A stretch of DNA of 64,000 bases from the human T2T-CHM13v2.0 reference genome, Homo sapiens, in the NCBI RefSeq assembly GCF_009914755.1, contig NC_060929.1. One strand, written 5' to 3'. Below, one piece after another: positions 1-15,455 of this stretch. Numbering within the stretch: the stretch's first letter is position 1; every line of letters begins with the position of its first letter. The notes below the pieces were generated by a model that did not search any database, was not told the origin of the DNA, and saw only the letters and a list, made by a program, of their open reading frames with translations. The translations under genes were made by a program, and so were the position numbers.

Positions 1-90
1 GCAGTGAGCCAAGATCGTGCCACTGCACTCCAGCCTGGGCGACAGAGTGAGACTCTGTCTCAAAAAAAAAAGAAAGAAAGAAAAGAAAAC
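1..90 (+). mobile_element. Alu 3' end
   Basis: GCAGTGAGCCAAGATCG...poly-A. Confidence 0.9.
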
Positions 91-94
91 TCTA

Positions 95-2580
95 AGGCTG
101 AAGACAAAAGGAATCTGATGTAAACACTGTACTCTAGCTAGGCGGTAAAGATGTTTCTCACAGGGATTCAGGTTAGCAATTTTGAAACTACTTTATATAC
201 ACATTAGGGTTGAACAGATAAGTAAACAAATTATGAGTAATGAGAGCCAGGTTTCTCACTGTCCAAGAAAGAAGTTACAAATAAGCAAAGGAGGAAAGCT
301 ACAGTGAACCCTGTGGTGCTGAATCAGTATCGAAGACATAACCATGAGGTCATGTTCATGTTCTGTACACAGATAGATACATACAGAAATCATCACAGAT
401 ATGTGCATATAGAGGAGTCAATATACATGTTTCTACACCTCCCTCTGTCTGCAGAGAAGTTCTACAAACAGTCATACCCTAGTAGTAACAAGCACACACA
501 GTACCCAGATCTTGGTCTCTAATATCATTCTCCAATAAAAGGAACCAGGGCTTCTTGGAGAGATGAGAAATGAGAAATTCTAGGGCCAAGGCAGAAAAAA
601 CACAAGATGAGCCTGGAGTCTTACAGTGCCCGAAAGTAAGGAAGTGCTTTACAAAGGGGTTGGGGTCAGGGGCACTCGTCAAAGAAACATAAGAACCAAC
701 CTGAAAGGCTGGGTGTGGTGGTTCACGCCTGTAATCCCAGCAATTTGGGACACCAGGACGGGCAGATTACTTGAGGTCAGGAGTTCAACACCAGCCTGGC
801 TAACATGGTGAAACCCTGTCTCTATTAAAAATACAAAAATTAGCCAGGCATGTTGGATCAGGCCTGTAATCCCAGCTACTTGAGAAGCTGAGGCACAAAC
901 TGGGAGACGGAGGTTGCAGTGAGCAGAGATTGTGCCACTGCACTCCAGCCTGAAAACCAACCTGAAAGAGCTTAGAATGGCCAAAGCTGGAACAATTTAA
1001 GCAACAAAATAAATAATGTTGTGTGGTCTTATAACGCAAAGAATAAATTAAATATCCTTGAGTCTACAGTGATATAAATGATTGAATAAATAAATGGAGA
1101 GAAGAGATAAAACTTCCTTACAGAATTCCAAATAATATATGTAAATACTTTCCTCTTCCCGGGGGTGAAGCTAACTTCCCCTCCCCTTGATATGGGCTAG
1201 ACTTAAACAATAACTTTATAATGGAGAAATCTGGCAGATTTCCCTTCCCTCAACCAAGTGATCAAGGTTCATGTCACAGGAATACCTCATGCTGGCCCCA
1301 TGGGCCCCCGATGGGATGCCATGAACATGGCAATCCACCTCAGTGGTATTCTTTCCAAATGCTCCTCATGAGAAGTATTAGACTATCCCAAATTGTGAGA
1401 CATTCTATAAAATACCTGCTTAATATGTCTCAAAACTGTCAAGGCCATGCAAAGCAAGGGAAGACTGAGAAATGGTCATAGATTGGAAGAGACTAAGAAG
1501 ACAGCACAATCAAATGCAACGTGTGTCCTAGATGGACCGTGGAATAGGAAAAGGACATTAGAGAGAAGAAATGGGTGAAATCTAAGGTGTAATTTAGTTT
1601 TAAAAAAAAAAAGCATAATCACAAAGTCACTTACCACCAAATAAGATATAGCCTTGTTATTTTTTAGAATGGATTTATTTTTTTAACTGAGGTGAAATTC
1701 ACATAATCATTAACATAAAATTAACCATTTTAAAGTGAACAATTCAGTGGCATTAAGTACATTCATAATGTTATACAATCACCCCATTTTCAAAACACTG
1801 TCATCACCCCAAAAGGAACTCCTGTATCCTTTCCTCCCTAACCCCAGCTCCTGCAACCACCAGTCTGCTTTGTTTCTGTGGGATTTATCTATTCTGTATA
1901 TTTCACATAAGCAGAATCAACACCACTTGTGATTTCCTTGCCCTTTGTCTGGTTCCTTTCACTCAGCATGATGTGTTTGAGACTCATGCACGTTGGCGTG
2001 GATCATTCATTCCTTTTTATGACTGAATAATATTGCATGGTGTCTACACTACCATTTGCTCATCCATTCACTGATGAACATCTGGGCACTTTCCACCTTT
2101 TGGCTGTTGTGTACGGCGCTGCTGTGAACATGAGTCTACTTTTATTTGATTATCTGTTTTCAATTCTTTGGGGTATAAACCTGGGAGTGGAATTGCTGGG
2201 TCATATGGTAATTTCACATTTAATTTTTTGAGGATCCCACCAAACTCTTTTCCACAGTGGCTGAGTCATTTTACACTGCCACCAGCAACGTATGACAGTT
2301 CCAATTTCTCCACATTTTTGCCAAAAGATCCTGGTGGATGTGAAATGGTATATCATTGTGGGTTTGATTTACATTTCCCTAATGACAAATGATGTCGAGA
2401 TACTTTTCGTGTGTTTGTTGCTCATCTGTATATCCTGTTTGAAGAAATGTCTGTGCAAGTCCTTTGCCCATGTTAAAATTGGGTTGTGTGTAGTTTTGTT
2501 GTTGAACTGTAGGAGCTCTTTATAGAATCTGTATACTAGACCCTAATCAGATATAGGATTTGTGAATATTTTCTCACGTA
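95..2580. mobile_element. Old L1 (L1M) 3'-region fragments, interrupted by an Alu
   Basis: L1MC/MD-like 3' sequence (95-1640) and antisense L1 text such as GGAATTGCTGGGTCATATGGTAA and ATTTCCCTAATGAC (1690-2580). Confidence 0.65.
707..952 (+). mobile_element. AluS lacking its 3' end and poly-A tail, with TSD
   Basis: TSD AACCAACCTGAAA at 694-706 and 955-967. Confidence 0.85.
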
Positions 2581-2774
2581 AATTCTTGATCAGGATTCTA
2601 ACCACCTCCAACCAAGACGCAATATGAGCGTGTTAACATCATCTTGAACGTTGGTGGAAGTTTTCCAATGGTTTCGTGCTGGTCTTCACATTAGTCCTTA
2701 CTGAGATCTTGCTACATTAAAAGTGGGATATTGTTACTAATATATTTGATCTGATCCTCTTTAGTTAACAGTAA

Positions 2775-3330
2775 TTGTATTCATTTTCTATTGCTGTATA
2801 ACAAATGCCACAAAGTTAGCAGTTTAAATACACACTGACTATATCACAGTTTGTGTGGTCAGAGGCTGGGCATAACTGCAGTTGGTCTCTGCTCAGGTTC
2901 TCGAGGCTGAAATCAATGAGTCAGCTGGGGGTTTCTTCCTGGAGCTCTGAGTCTTCTCTCAAGTTCATGTGGTTCCTCCTGGTTTAGCAGGAAGGCCTCA
3001 TTCTCTTGCTGGCTGTTGGCTGGGTACTCTCAGTTCCCAGAGGCAGCTCACAGTTCCCCGCCACACAGCCCCTCCACACCCCTTCATGCTGCACATCCCT
3101 GACTTCAGGAGGGTCCTCATCCCTTCCAAGGGCTCACTTGGTTAAGTCAGGGCCACTGAATAATCTCCTTTTTCACTAACTCAAAGTCAAGTGATTCCTT
3201 CGTAACTCAATCATAGGAAGATAGCCCATCATACCCTCTCCATACTGGAGAGGAGGGAATTGTATAAAGCATGTTCCCTAGGGAGCAGGAATGTTGGAGA
3301 CCATCTTAGAACTCTGCCTGTCAGAGTATC
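2775..3330 (-). mobile_element. MLT1-family MaLR LTR
   Basis: TGTATTCATTTTCTATTGCTGTATAACAAA...CACAGTT...GGCTGAAATCAA...CCATCTTAGAACTCTGCCT. Confidence 0.7.
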
Positions 3331-3339
3331 ACAGTTCAT

Positions 3340-3655
<316 letters not shown>

Positions 3656-4159
3656 ATTTCTTACTTTTGACCAATGTACTGTGGTTATGTACATATGTAC
3701 ACTATGTACATATGTTTTTCTACATTAGTACATTAGCTTTTCTACAAACCTAAAATCATTCCCACATTTTAAAAAGACCAGATCATGAATTTACACTTAT
3801 AGGCAACATAGAGTGACAATGACTAGATTTGCCATTCTGCCTAAACAACATCAACAACAAAAGCCACAAATGTATTCCTGCATATAAAACAATAATTTTG
3901 AAGATGCTAGGGACAGGCAGGCAAGGACAGTGATCTTTGAGACAGGCAACAACTGCTCTAGCTTCCCACCTGGGGAGTGGCCAGGCTGAGCACATGGAGG
4001 GGGGACGCGGGTGGTGCCTGGCAGCCTCCCGAATTGAAGACATGGAGCTGAGAGCCAAGGGAGGCCGAGGCAGTCAGAGTGTGCGGAACAGAGGACTGGA
4101 GAGATGAAAGCCACCAAGATCTGCTGAGGATCCCCTTCGAGTAGGAGGCAGAGGGCCTA

Positions 4160-4687
<528 letters not shown>

Positions 4688-5029
4688 TTAACCCTAGGGC
4701 CTAGGTGAAACACTGCTCTAGTCCCACCTAATGGATCCCAACAAGACCCTAAAGGACCAAACTATTTCCAGCCCAGGAATATATATACAAATGCAAAAAT
4801 ATTCAGCATCTCATGAGGTAAAAGTCATCATGTCTGGCAGAAGATAAGAAGTTACCAGCAGGAAAATAGGCCCTATGATGAACAAAAAAATTAATTAATT
4901 GAAACTGGCCCACAACTGCCACAGAGGTTGGAATTAGCACACAAAGACATTAAAACAATTATTATAACCGTACTGCCTATGTGCAGAAAGCTCAGCAGAG
5001 ACAACAAAGTATTGAAAAGACCTAAACTG

Positions 5030-5368
<339 letters not shown>

Positions 5369-7112
5369 CTACCAGGTCTGAGATGAAAAATATGATGGAA
5401 GGGATTAATGGCAGATGAGACATTGCCAAAGAAAAGATTATAAACTAGAAGACAGCAATGGAAACTACCTAAAATGAACACACAGAGAATTATTTTTAAA
5501 AGGAAAAGACAAAGAAGACAGCTAGTGAACTGTGGGACTTCAAGTGGTCAAAATATGTGTAATTGGAGTCACCAAACGAGGAGTGAGAAAGAGCAAAATA
5601 GAAAAAAAAATTTTGAAGAATAGTCAAAAAGTGTTTTCAAATTTGGTGAAAATTATAAATCCACAGATCTAAGAATCACAATGAAACCCAAGCACACACA
5701 AAAAAAAATCAAGAAAACGACACCAAGATATATCATAATCAGATTGCTTAAAACCAGCAATAAAGAGAAAATCTTAAAAGCAGTCAGAGAAAAATGACAT
5801 ATACATGAGCAACTGGAATTGTCCTACACTGCTGGTGGGAATCTGAAATGATGCGATGGCCTTCAGCAACAGTTTCTTAAAAAGTTAATAATACACATAT
5901 CATATGCTCAGCCATTCCACTCCAAGGTATTTACATCCAAGAGAAATGAAAGAATAAATCCGTACAGGGACTGGCACGTGAATACCCATAGCAGCTTTAT
6001 TTACAATAGACAAAAACTGGAAACAATCCAAACTTCCATCAATAGCTGAATGGATAAACAAATTGTGGTATATCCATATAGTGAAGTAATACTCGGTAAT
6101 GAAAAAGAATGAATTAACTATTGTGCAAAAGCAGTTCTTTGTATAAGCACTACATAAACATACTAAAGTATCTCTCAATAACTACGCTGAGTGAAAGAAA
6201 CCAGACGAACAAAGAGTGTGTTATTCCACCCAGAGAAAAATCCTGGAAAATGAACAGAAATCAATAGTAACAAAATCAGTGGCACGTTGGTGGCAGGCAG
6301 GGAGGGATGGAAGGGAGGGAACTGAACGAGGCAGGAGGAAACTCTGGAGGGTGAGGGATGCATTCCCTATCTAGACTGTGGAGAGGGTTTCATAGTTGTG
6401 CACAGATGTCAAAATTTATTAAGTTGTGCATTTTTAATTTGTGGAGTTCACTGTATGTCAATTATACTTCAAAAAAAAAGGCAAACAACAAAAATCCCAG
6501 GCCGCGGCTTCTACAGACTTGGTGGGTGGTAGAGTGTGTGTCCTGGGTACAGAAGGCATCACACTGAGCCTCAGGTTCTGCCTGGGTTCGGTGACAGGTA
6601 AAGCACCCAGCAGAGTCATGGCAAAGGCCAATTGTGAGAGCGTCTGGCCCGGCCACCGCACTTGGCAGGAGCCACTTGGCTTTTCTCTAAGAATGTGGGT
6701 TTAATCAGTGACTCCCATTGGCACACTGAGTGACTCTCTTTCAAACCACGTCAGCAAACGCATTTCCTCAAGGGTCCCTGATAGGTCCTGAAATACATTA
6801 ACATGTTTTGAAAGGGTTGGTCTACAAACAAATGGGATTCCTCAGTAATCCTTCATTCACATTCACATTCATTATTTTTTAAAATTATTTTTGTAGAAAA
6901 TATTCACAGCAGTTTTATTAATAATAACCCAATACTGGAAACAACTCAAATGCTCATTAACAGGAGAATGAATAGTGATATAGTCATACAATGAAATACT
7001 ACTCTATAATACAAAGAGTTATTGATACGTGCAAATACATGAATAAATCTCAAAAGCACTATTTTAAGCAAAGGAACCACACATAAAAGAAGACATACCA
7101 TACCATAGGGTT

Positions 7113-7413
<301 letters not shown>

Positions 7414-9470
7414 TGAGGGTTCTATTTATATGAGGTTCTAGAACAGGCAAAACTGAGCTATTGGTGATAGAAAGCAAGATGGCGGTTACCTCTGGGTGGA
7501 GACAAGAAAGGGGCATAGGGAATTTTCTGAGATGTTAAAAATATTCTGTACTTATTGGAGATGCTGGTCATGGGCGCATATATTTGTCAACATCCATCTA
7601 ACTCTACACTTAAAATCTGTGATTTTGTGTGTAAATTATATCCTTTCTTTTTTAAGAGTTAGAACAAAAGAAAAAAAGTAAGTTGCAGGATGTGGAGGGA
7701 AATTCTCAGTGGAATCCCACAAGGAAACCGTGCCAGCCCCTCCATTTGTCCAAGCATTCTACTCGCCACGGGGTTGGATGCTACACAGACGCCAATGAAA
7801 AGGTTGCTCCCGGGAAATGTTTGGAAGCCGCTTAATGCTCCTTGCAGGGAGACATTCAGATAACATACATTGTTTCCCCAGAAATATACACACTGTGAGA
7901 GAGAAGCTTACTCCAAAAGGGTGGCTCAAAAATACAGCATTCTGTTTCTTGCGGCAACCGGTTTGCAGTGTCAAGAAACGTAAGACAATCTATGTTGTCT
8001 TTCCCACTTCATGAATGCTAAACGCTGAAGGTATTCAGCTTAGCATCTCCGAGCTGGAGAGAATGAGGACACCATCCACCTGACTTCTCTTCAAACCAGA
8101 GTCCCTTCTCCAGCACTCCTGCTCAATAGGAATCCAGGCACTTACCTGATTTGGCATGTGAGATCAGTACTTCCAGCCCATTCTTTTGGGACAACTCTTC
8201 ATTTGCTTTCAAGTTCTTAGCAGTCATTAACTAGCAATCTTCATCCTGGTATCTTTTATGTGTCAGTCGCTTTTTCCTTCAGAAGAAGGAAAGGACAGCT
8301 CCGCACAGCTCCCCACCTGTACTCTTAGGGTCAAGGGGAGCCAGGCTGTTCATTTGGTCCATCCTTTTTCAACACCACTTCTTGCCTTATGAGTGCTGCA
8401 GAAATATCCTCTAATGAAAAGAAAAGTGTCCTCCTTTAGAAACAGGAACCTCCAGGTCTTAACTACTATCCTGGGAATGAAGTCAGCCACAAAACTAAGG
8501 GATAATTGGGCAGTTAGGAAGCACCTCTTAACCTCAAAATAATACAACCCTTCCTAAGGCTGTCTTTCCACCACTACAGCTTCGCTCGTGTAGGGAATGA
8601 AGGAGTGGCCCCTCTTCAAAGACCCCCTTTGAAAATGCAGCATTTCCCAAGGAAAGCCACACATTCAGCTGCTTATTAACAGCAACATGTTTTTCGTGTT
8701 AATTTGCCGTTCACAACACACTCCTATGTGTTACCTCCTTAGGCCCTCACTAGGAGCTCCTGCAGAAGATCATGGATTATCATTATTTCCACCTATCTTT
8801 TTGGAAGATAAATCTCAAGCAGTTCCATGGCTCACCTAGACCACCTAGATGGGCAGTGGCAAAGCTGGAACTAAAAAGCAAGTCTTCCCACAGCAGGTCC
8901 TGTGCTCTTCCCATAGACAAGGCACCTGCCACCTGGTCCTCACTATTCAGGAGACTGATTGCTGTGAGAGCAGAAACAGAACGCAGGACAGTTCCTGGGA
9001 AAGGCAAGAAGAGTGCATGAGCCATTGTGTTGGGGGTGAGGAGAAGGGGCTCAGGACAGGAAGGAAGCGGGGACCAGGCCCACCTTCACTTGCTCCGAGT
9101 TTTGCCAGGCATATGTGTCCTCAGAGAAACTCACATACACCAGGTGTTCGGAATATGACCGTAGCCACAACTACTTCACAATCTTCCAAGCGAGCAAGTC
9201 AATCCATTGATTCCTCTAGTAGCGATGGATAAAAACCCAACTCAAATTGGCCTGGACAGTGATGTCGAGAGGGGCTCGGTCACGAAGCCGCAGTGCTTTT
9301 GGCAGTCCCTCAATACCCCTTCAGACTGTGTTTCTCCTTGCGCAGCAAGTCGATGCTGGGAGCTCCAACTTACAGCCGTTGGGGGTGATTTTGCGAAGGT
9401 AGTTTTTTCAAGCAAAGTTCAGTTCCCTAAAGCATACTGGCTGAAAAAGTCTTGCCCTGCTGCCCAATAG

Positions 9471-9785
<315 letters not shown>

Positions 9786-9845
9786 CTCATTATTTTTCAA
9801 AGACACACACGGCTTCTCAGAACCCGCCCTCCAGGGTTCACCATG

Positions 9846-10899
9846 CTGGGCTGGCGCAGAGACCCATCCAGGCGGTAGGAGCGGGGACAGGCGCGGGGTC
9901 GTGGAGGGCCCCGGGCTGTTCCTGATCCTCGAACTCTCTCCTCCCCACGGCCGCGGTCTCCTCCCCGGGCCCCGCGCGCCAGGCCCTGCGAAAAGCCCCA
10001 ACGGGTCCCCCGGCGACCGCCGCGCCGGCCTCTCGGTCCTGTCCTCCGAGGCGCCAGGCCTCCGCCTCCAGCGCGGGCCTCTCGGGCAGCGCCGCCCCTC
10101 CCCCTGCGCGCACGGGAGGCCGCCTGGGTTCGGCTTTGGACCAGGCGAGCAGCGCGGCGCTGGCCGCTCTGCCGGGTCAGCCCCGCGGAGACGTCTTCCC
10201 CGCTGCGCCCCGGCCCCAGCGCAGCGCCCGGGGAGCGGCCCCTCCTCGGGCAGCGGCCGGCGCCTGTGTCCCTAGCGCGGTACTGCTTCTGCCTGAGGAC
10301 TCCCCGCCGGGGTCCTCCCTGTCGCCGTCTGCGCCTCCGCGCCCTGTGGGCCGAGGCCCCGGCGCTCCTCGCTCAGCCCAACTCCCAAGGCCCAGCGGGT
10401 CCCTGCTCTGCCGTCCGGGGATCCCGCGGGTGGTCCGGAGCCCGGGGCGCGGCGCGCCGTTCATTCCCGCGTCCTGGCGGGGCCTGCTTCTTCCCGAGCC
10501 CTCTCCCTGCGGCTGGTGGTCCCAGCGTGCTGGCCGCGTCTCCCCTCTTCTCGGGACACCAGCCCTGTTGGATCAGGGCCCCCCCACAACGACCTGTGCC
10601 ACCTCATCCGCCTCTTTAAAGACCCCATCCCCAAGGGCGGCCGCATCCGGAGGCCCAGGGGTGAGGACTTCGCCACGGGAAGGAGGCACACGATTCAGCC
10701 CATGACACCGCCACCTCGGCGTGGTGCTGTAGGGGGAAGCTCAGGCACTCACCGAGGACAGGACCCGGGGAATCCGCTGGGGCTTTCAGCAGGGCCTGGC
10801 GCGCGGGGCCTGGGGAGGAGACCTGGGGAACAGCCCAGGGCCCTCCCAGAACCCGCGCCTGCCCCCCGCTGCCTGGATGGGGTCTCTGTACCAGCCCAG
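9846..10899. repeat. Long imperfect inverted repeat (arms ~9846-10075 and ~10723-10899)
   Basis: 9955-9989 vs the reverse complement of 10789-10823 is 34/35 identical; 9883-9922 vs 10827-10866 is 35/40; GGTCCTGTCCTC 10035-10046 pairs with 10754-10765. Confidence 0.9.
10400..10707 (-). mobile_element. MaLR MLT1(A/B-like) LTR relic, unusually GC-rich
   Basis: GGACACCAG...TTGGATCAGGGCCC...CTCTTTAAAGACCC...AGGACTTC...ATTCAGCCCATGACA matches the MLT1 LTR terminus pattern. Confidence 0.65.
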
Positions 10900-11271
10900 A
10901 CCAGAGCGAGTGTCAAGGGGGCTCCTCTGGCCGCGCTGCGCCCCCGCGGGGCAGCCCCAGAAGGGCCATTGCTCAGTCCTCACCAAGACCAGCGAGGCGG
11001 ATTCGGCCAGCCCCTTTCCAGAAGAGGAAGCCGAGGTTCGGAAAGGTCAACCAACTTGTCCCAGGACGCTGGCCGGTTCAGAGGCAGCTCTGGACTCAGA
11101 CCCAGGCTTCCCAATTCTAAAGCCCACTGCATGAGCCGTCAGGGCCCAGCTACAGGGTCTTTCGGGGACACTTGGACGGGATAACTTCCACAGTGAGGCG
11201 ATAAGGTCAGGCTGGTCCCATCTGGGGACCTTATAAAGTCTCTCACTGTCTAAGTGAGATGCCTGTACAGT

Positions 11272-11593
11272 GCCCACACAGCATGCACACACGTGCATGC
11301 ACACACCCACATGCACACACACACTCATGCACACACACATGCATGCACACGCCCACATGCACACATTCATGCACACACACACATGCATGCACACACATGC
11401 ACACACAGGCATACTTACGTGCATATGCATACATGAAACACGTGCACACATACACCCATGTACACACACATATGCACACATGCATACTCCTGGCACACAC
11501 GTGCACACACACCCATGTACACACACATGCATGCATTCTCCTGGCACACACATACACACTTCCACCCTCACACTAGCTCACGCTCACACACAC
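11272..11593. repeat. Degenerate (CA)n/(CATG)n microsatellite
   Basis: About 320 nt of cacacatgca-type alternating purine-pyrimidine sequence. Confidence 0.92.
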
Positions 11594-12701
11594 TCGAGTC
11601 CCCTTGACATCATGGGAATCTTCCCTTCCTGACTGCACCACAAGCCTGGTCTGAAAGGAGGCTGCAGGAGGTAATATAACCGCCCAAGCCCCACGCAAAA
11701 AGGCGCAGTTAAAGCACAGTCAAATCAATGAGCAGATCCGGCATTTTTTGTGTGATGTTCCTCCCGGGAGGCCCAAAGTTGAGTAGATTTTATTTAAACT
11801 GTCTTTTCAAATACATTCTAATTGCTTTATGCCTTGTTTCACAGCTCAGAGTTGGAAACAAATTCCATTTTAGAAGTTGCCATTACCCATTTGCAAGCAC
11901 CGCCTTCCCCCACCCACCCCTGCCCCCCAAAAATTCCGTGGCTACATCAGGAGAATAGATTTTCTCATTTCCCAGTGTGAAGCGAAGCAGATGTGTGTGA
12001 AGCCTCTAGCTCACCAGGTTAACCACGAGCATTTCGCCGTGTTGCCGCCATACCGCATGATTATAAAAGCAGACTTTTTTTTTTTGAGACAGAGGACTCT
12101 CTTAATTAAAGCAAATTGATTAGGTATTTGTGTGCCCTTTCACAATGACAAATCCATACAATTATTTTCATGAATAATTTTATTTTTATTTTGGTCATGA
12201 CTTTTTAAAATTAATGGAAAGTCTCAGTCTGCTCAAATGATAAACCAAAAAATGGGGTCATGAAGCAAATTCAGTCTTTGCATTTCTTCAACAACCAACT
12301 CACATTTCTCTGCTCCTTGACTCAGAGGCTGGACATGTGCTAACAGCTTTTTTGCTTCTGTATATCCTTAATAGGATGGCAGAATCCCGGTGTTAAAAGA
12401 ATCTTAAAGTCAGCCGTGTCACCATGGGACCTCGATTAGCAAACAGATGTAGACATTCCTTCCAAATTCAGTCAAAGAAAAAACTCTAATACCAGCAGCC
12501 ATGTTCAGGGTGTGCACGACATGCTGAGCGCTTGGGATACATCCCCTTGTTTAATTCTCACAGAAACTTTGTGAGACAAGTACTATAATCCCTGTTTAAC
12601 AGATGGGCAAACTGAGGTTTGGAAAAACACTCATTTACCGGAGGTCACACAGCTGGAAAATAGCAGTGCTGGGATGTGAACCTGGGTGTCCTCAAGGCTG
12701 A

Positions 12702-13002
<301 letters not shown>

Positions 13003-13295
13003 AGGCTGAAGTCTTCCCTGCCACTCCACGCATCCATCACTTACAGATGTCTACAAGGATGTCCACACTCGCAGAAAAAGCTGCTGCTCAAAGCCAAATC
13101 ATTGTTTCCACCAGGTCTGCCATGAGGCTGTGGAAAGGGCTAGGGATTAGGAGTGAGGTTACTGGGTCACCTAGGTTCAGGTGCCCATTGCCACCAGGGG
13201 CCAATCGCTGCCCCTCTCTGGGAGGCTGGATCCCATCTTACCCACGATAGAGCAGCTGTAGAGAGAGGAGGCTGTTGAGAAACTAGAGGACATGA

Positions 13296-13603
<308 letters not shown>

Positions 13604-13986
13604 CTAGAGGACATGTGAATCCTCTGCCCAGGACACACATGGGACGCACACAGTTGTTTCTCCTATAGCCTCTAGAAGTACGCCGACACGTGACTTTCAG
13701 AGGACATCTGCAAGCTTTTTTTTTTTTCCCCAATGGTTCGTGCTTAGTCCTGAAATATGTTTCTGGACATGATGAAGGGATGTTCTCTGCGTGCCTATGT
13801 CAACAGTTAAAGATTAATCCTGATTCAACACATGATGAAAACTGCATAAGGGAGAAAGCTGGAGGTGGTGTGTGGCCTCTGGAGAATCTTCCCAAACTGA
13901 ATTACATTCGTTCACATAACGACAAATCACAGTGAGGACCAAGCACGGTGCCTGGCACCACTAAATGCTGCTCAAGAAAGGTTTCT

Positions 13987-14270
13987 GGCCGGGTGTGGTT
14001 GGCTCATGCCTGTAATCTCAACACTTTGGAAGGCCAAGGTGGGAGGGCTGCTTGAGTCCAGCAGTGAAAGACCAGCCTGGTCAACACAGCAAGACAATAA
14101 CTTTACAAATTAGCCAGCTGTGGTGGTGCTCACCTGTAGTCCCAGATACTCGGGAGGCTGAGGCGGAAGGATCACCTGAGTCCAGGAGCGGAGGCTGCAG
14201 TGAGCTGTCATCACACCACTGCACACCTGCCTGGGTGACAGAGCGAGACTCTATCTCAAAAAGAAATAAA
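13987..14270 (+). mobile_element. AluJ-like
   Basis: Diverged dimer. Confidence 0.8.
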
Positions 14271-14454
14271 GTTTCCACACCAAACTGATACAGGGGTTTC
14301 ATTCTGAAATGAAACTTTCAAACTTAAAGGCTTTCTTTGTTATCAATTGCTTTTTGCTTTCGACAACAATGATAAATCCAACTGAAATTAAAAATTCAAC
14401 TAAAAGATATATTGAATCCACGTTGCCCATTATAAAACTTGAAGCACAATTTCA

Positions 14455-14919
<465 letters not shown>

Positions 14920-15312
14920 TCAAAACCACTGACTGTACCATTATCTGCACTAACAAAAATAGGGGGAGGGTGTATGCCACGTTGATAGTAGGATGCAGAT
15001 TTTCTTGATGGGATATGCAAGATTTTCTTGATGGGATATACGGTACAGTCATCACACATGACCCTAAAGATGAGGCATCACCTGGAAAAATGTGTCTGAT
15101 GTACAGTTTAAAAGCAAGGTAAAAATGGTATGCATTCTGTGGTTAAAATTAGGTAAGCAAATATCTGTCTACATGATGGATGAGAAAGGATTGCGCAGAA
15201 AGTTAAACAGCCCTTGGTTTAGGATGGTAAGATTATAGGGTAACATTCATCATGCTAAATCAAGACATAGCTTGGTTATTTAAAAAAGAAAAAAGTGCGG
15301 GGCAGGGGGAAC

Positions 15313-15455
15313 AGGTGCAGTAGCTTAGATCTGTAATCCCAGCATTTTGGGAGGCTGAGGCAGGAAGACTGTTTGAGGCCAGGAGTTCAAGACTGCAGTG
15401 AGCTATGATCACACGACTGCACTCCAGCCTGGGAGACAGGACGAGACTCTATCTC

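Larger units (their letters stand above)
9790..11060. promoter_or_regulatory. Intragenic CpG island in COL23A1 intron 1
   Basis: About 1.2 kb of very high GC and CpG density, ~13 kb from the COL23A1 promoter. Confidence 0.8.

Noticed and set aside
9975-10015. Idea that the inverted-repeat arms are L2 fragments
   Set aside because: Only a short, weak resemblance; the flanking sequence did not support it.
11047-11632. His/Thr- and Cys/Val-rich ORFs
   Set aside because: Translations of the (CA)n-like microsatellite.
14995-15040. 23-bp tandem duplication AGATTTTCTTGATGGGATAT
   Set aside because: Ordinary slippage duplication with no functional cue.
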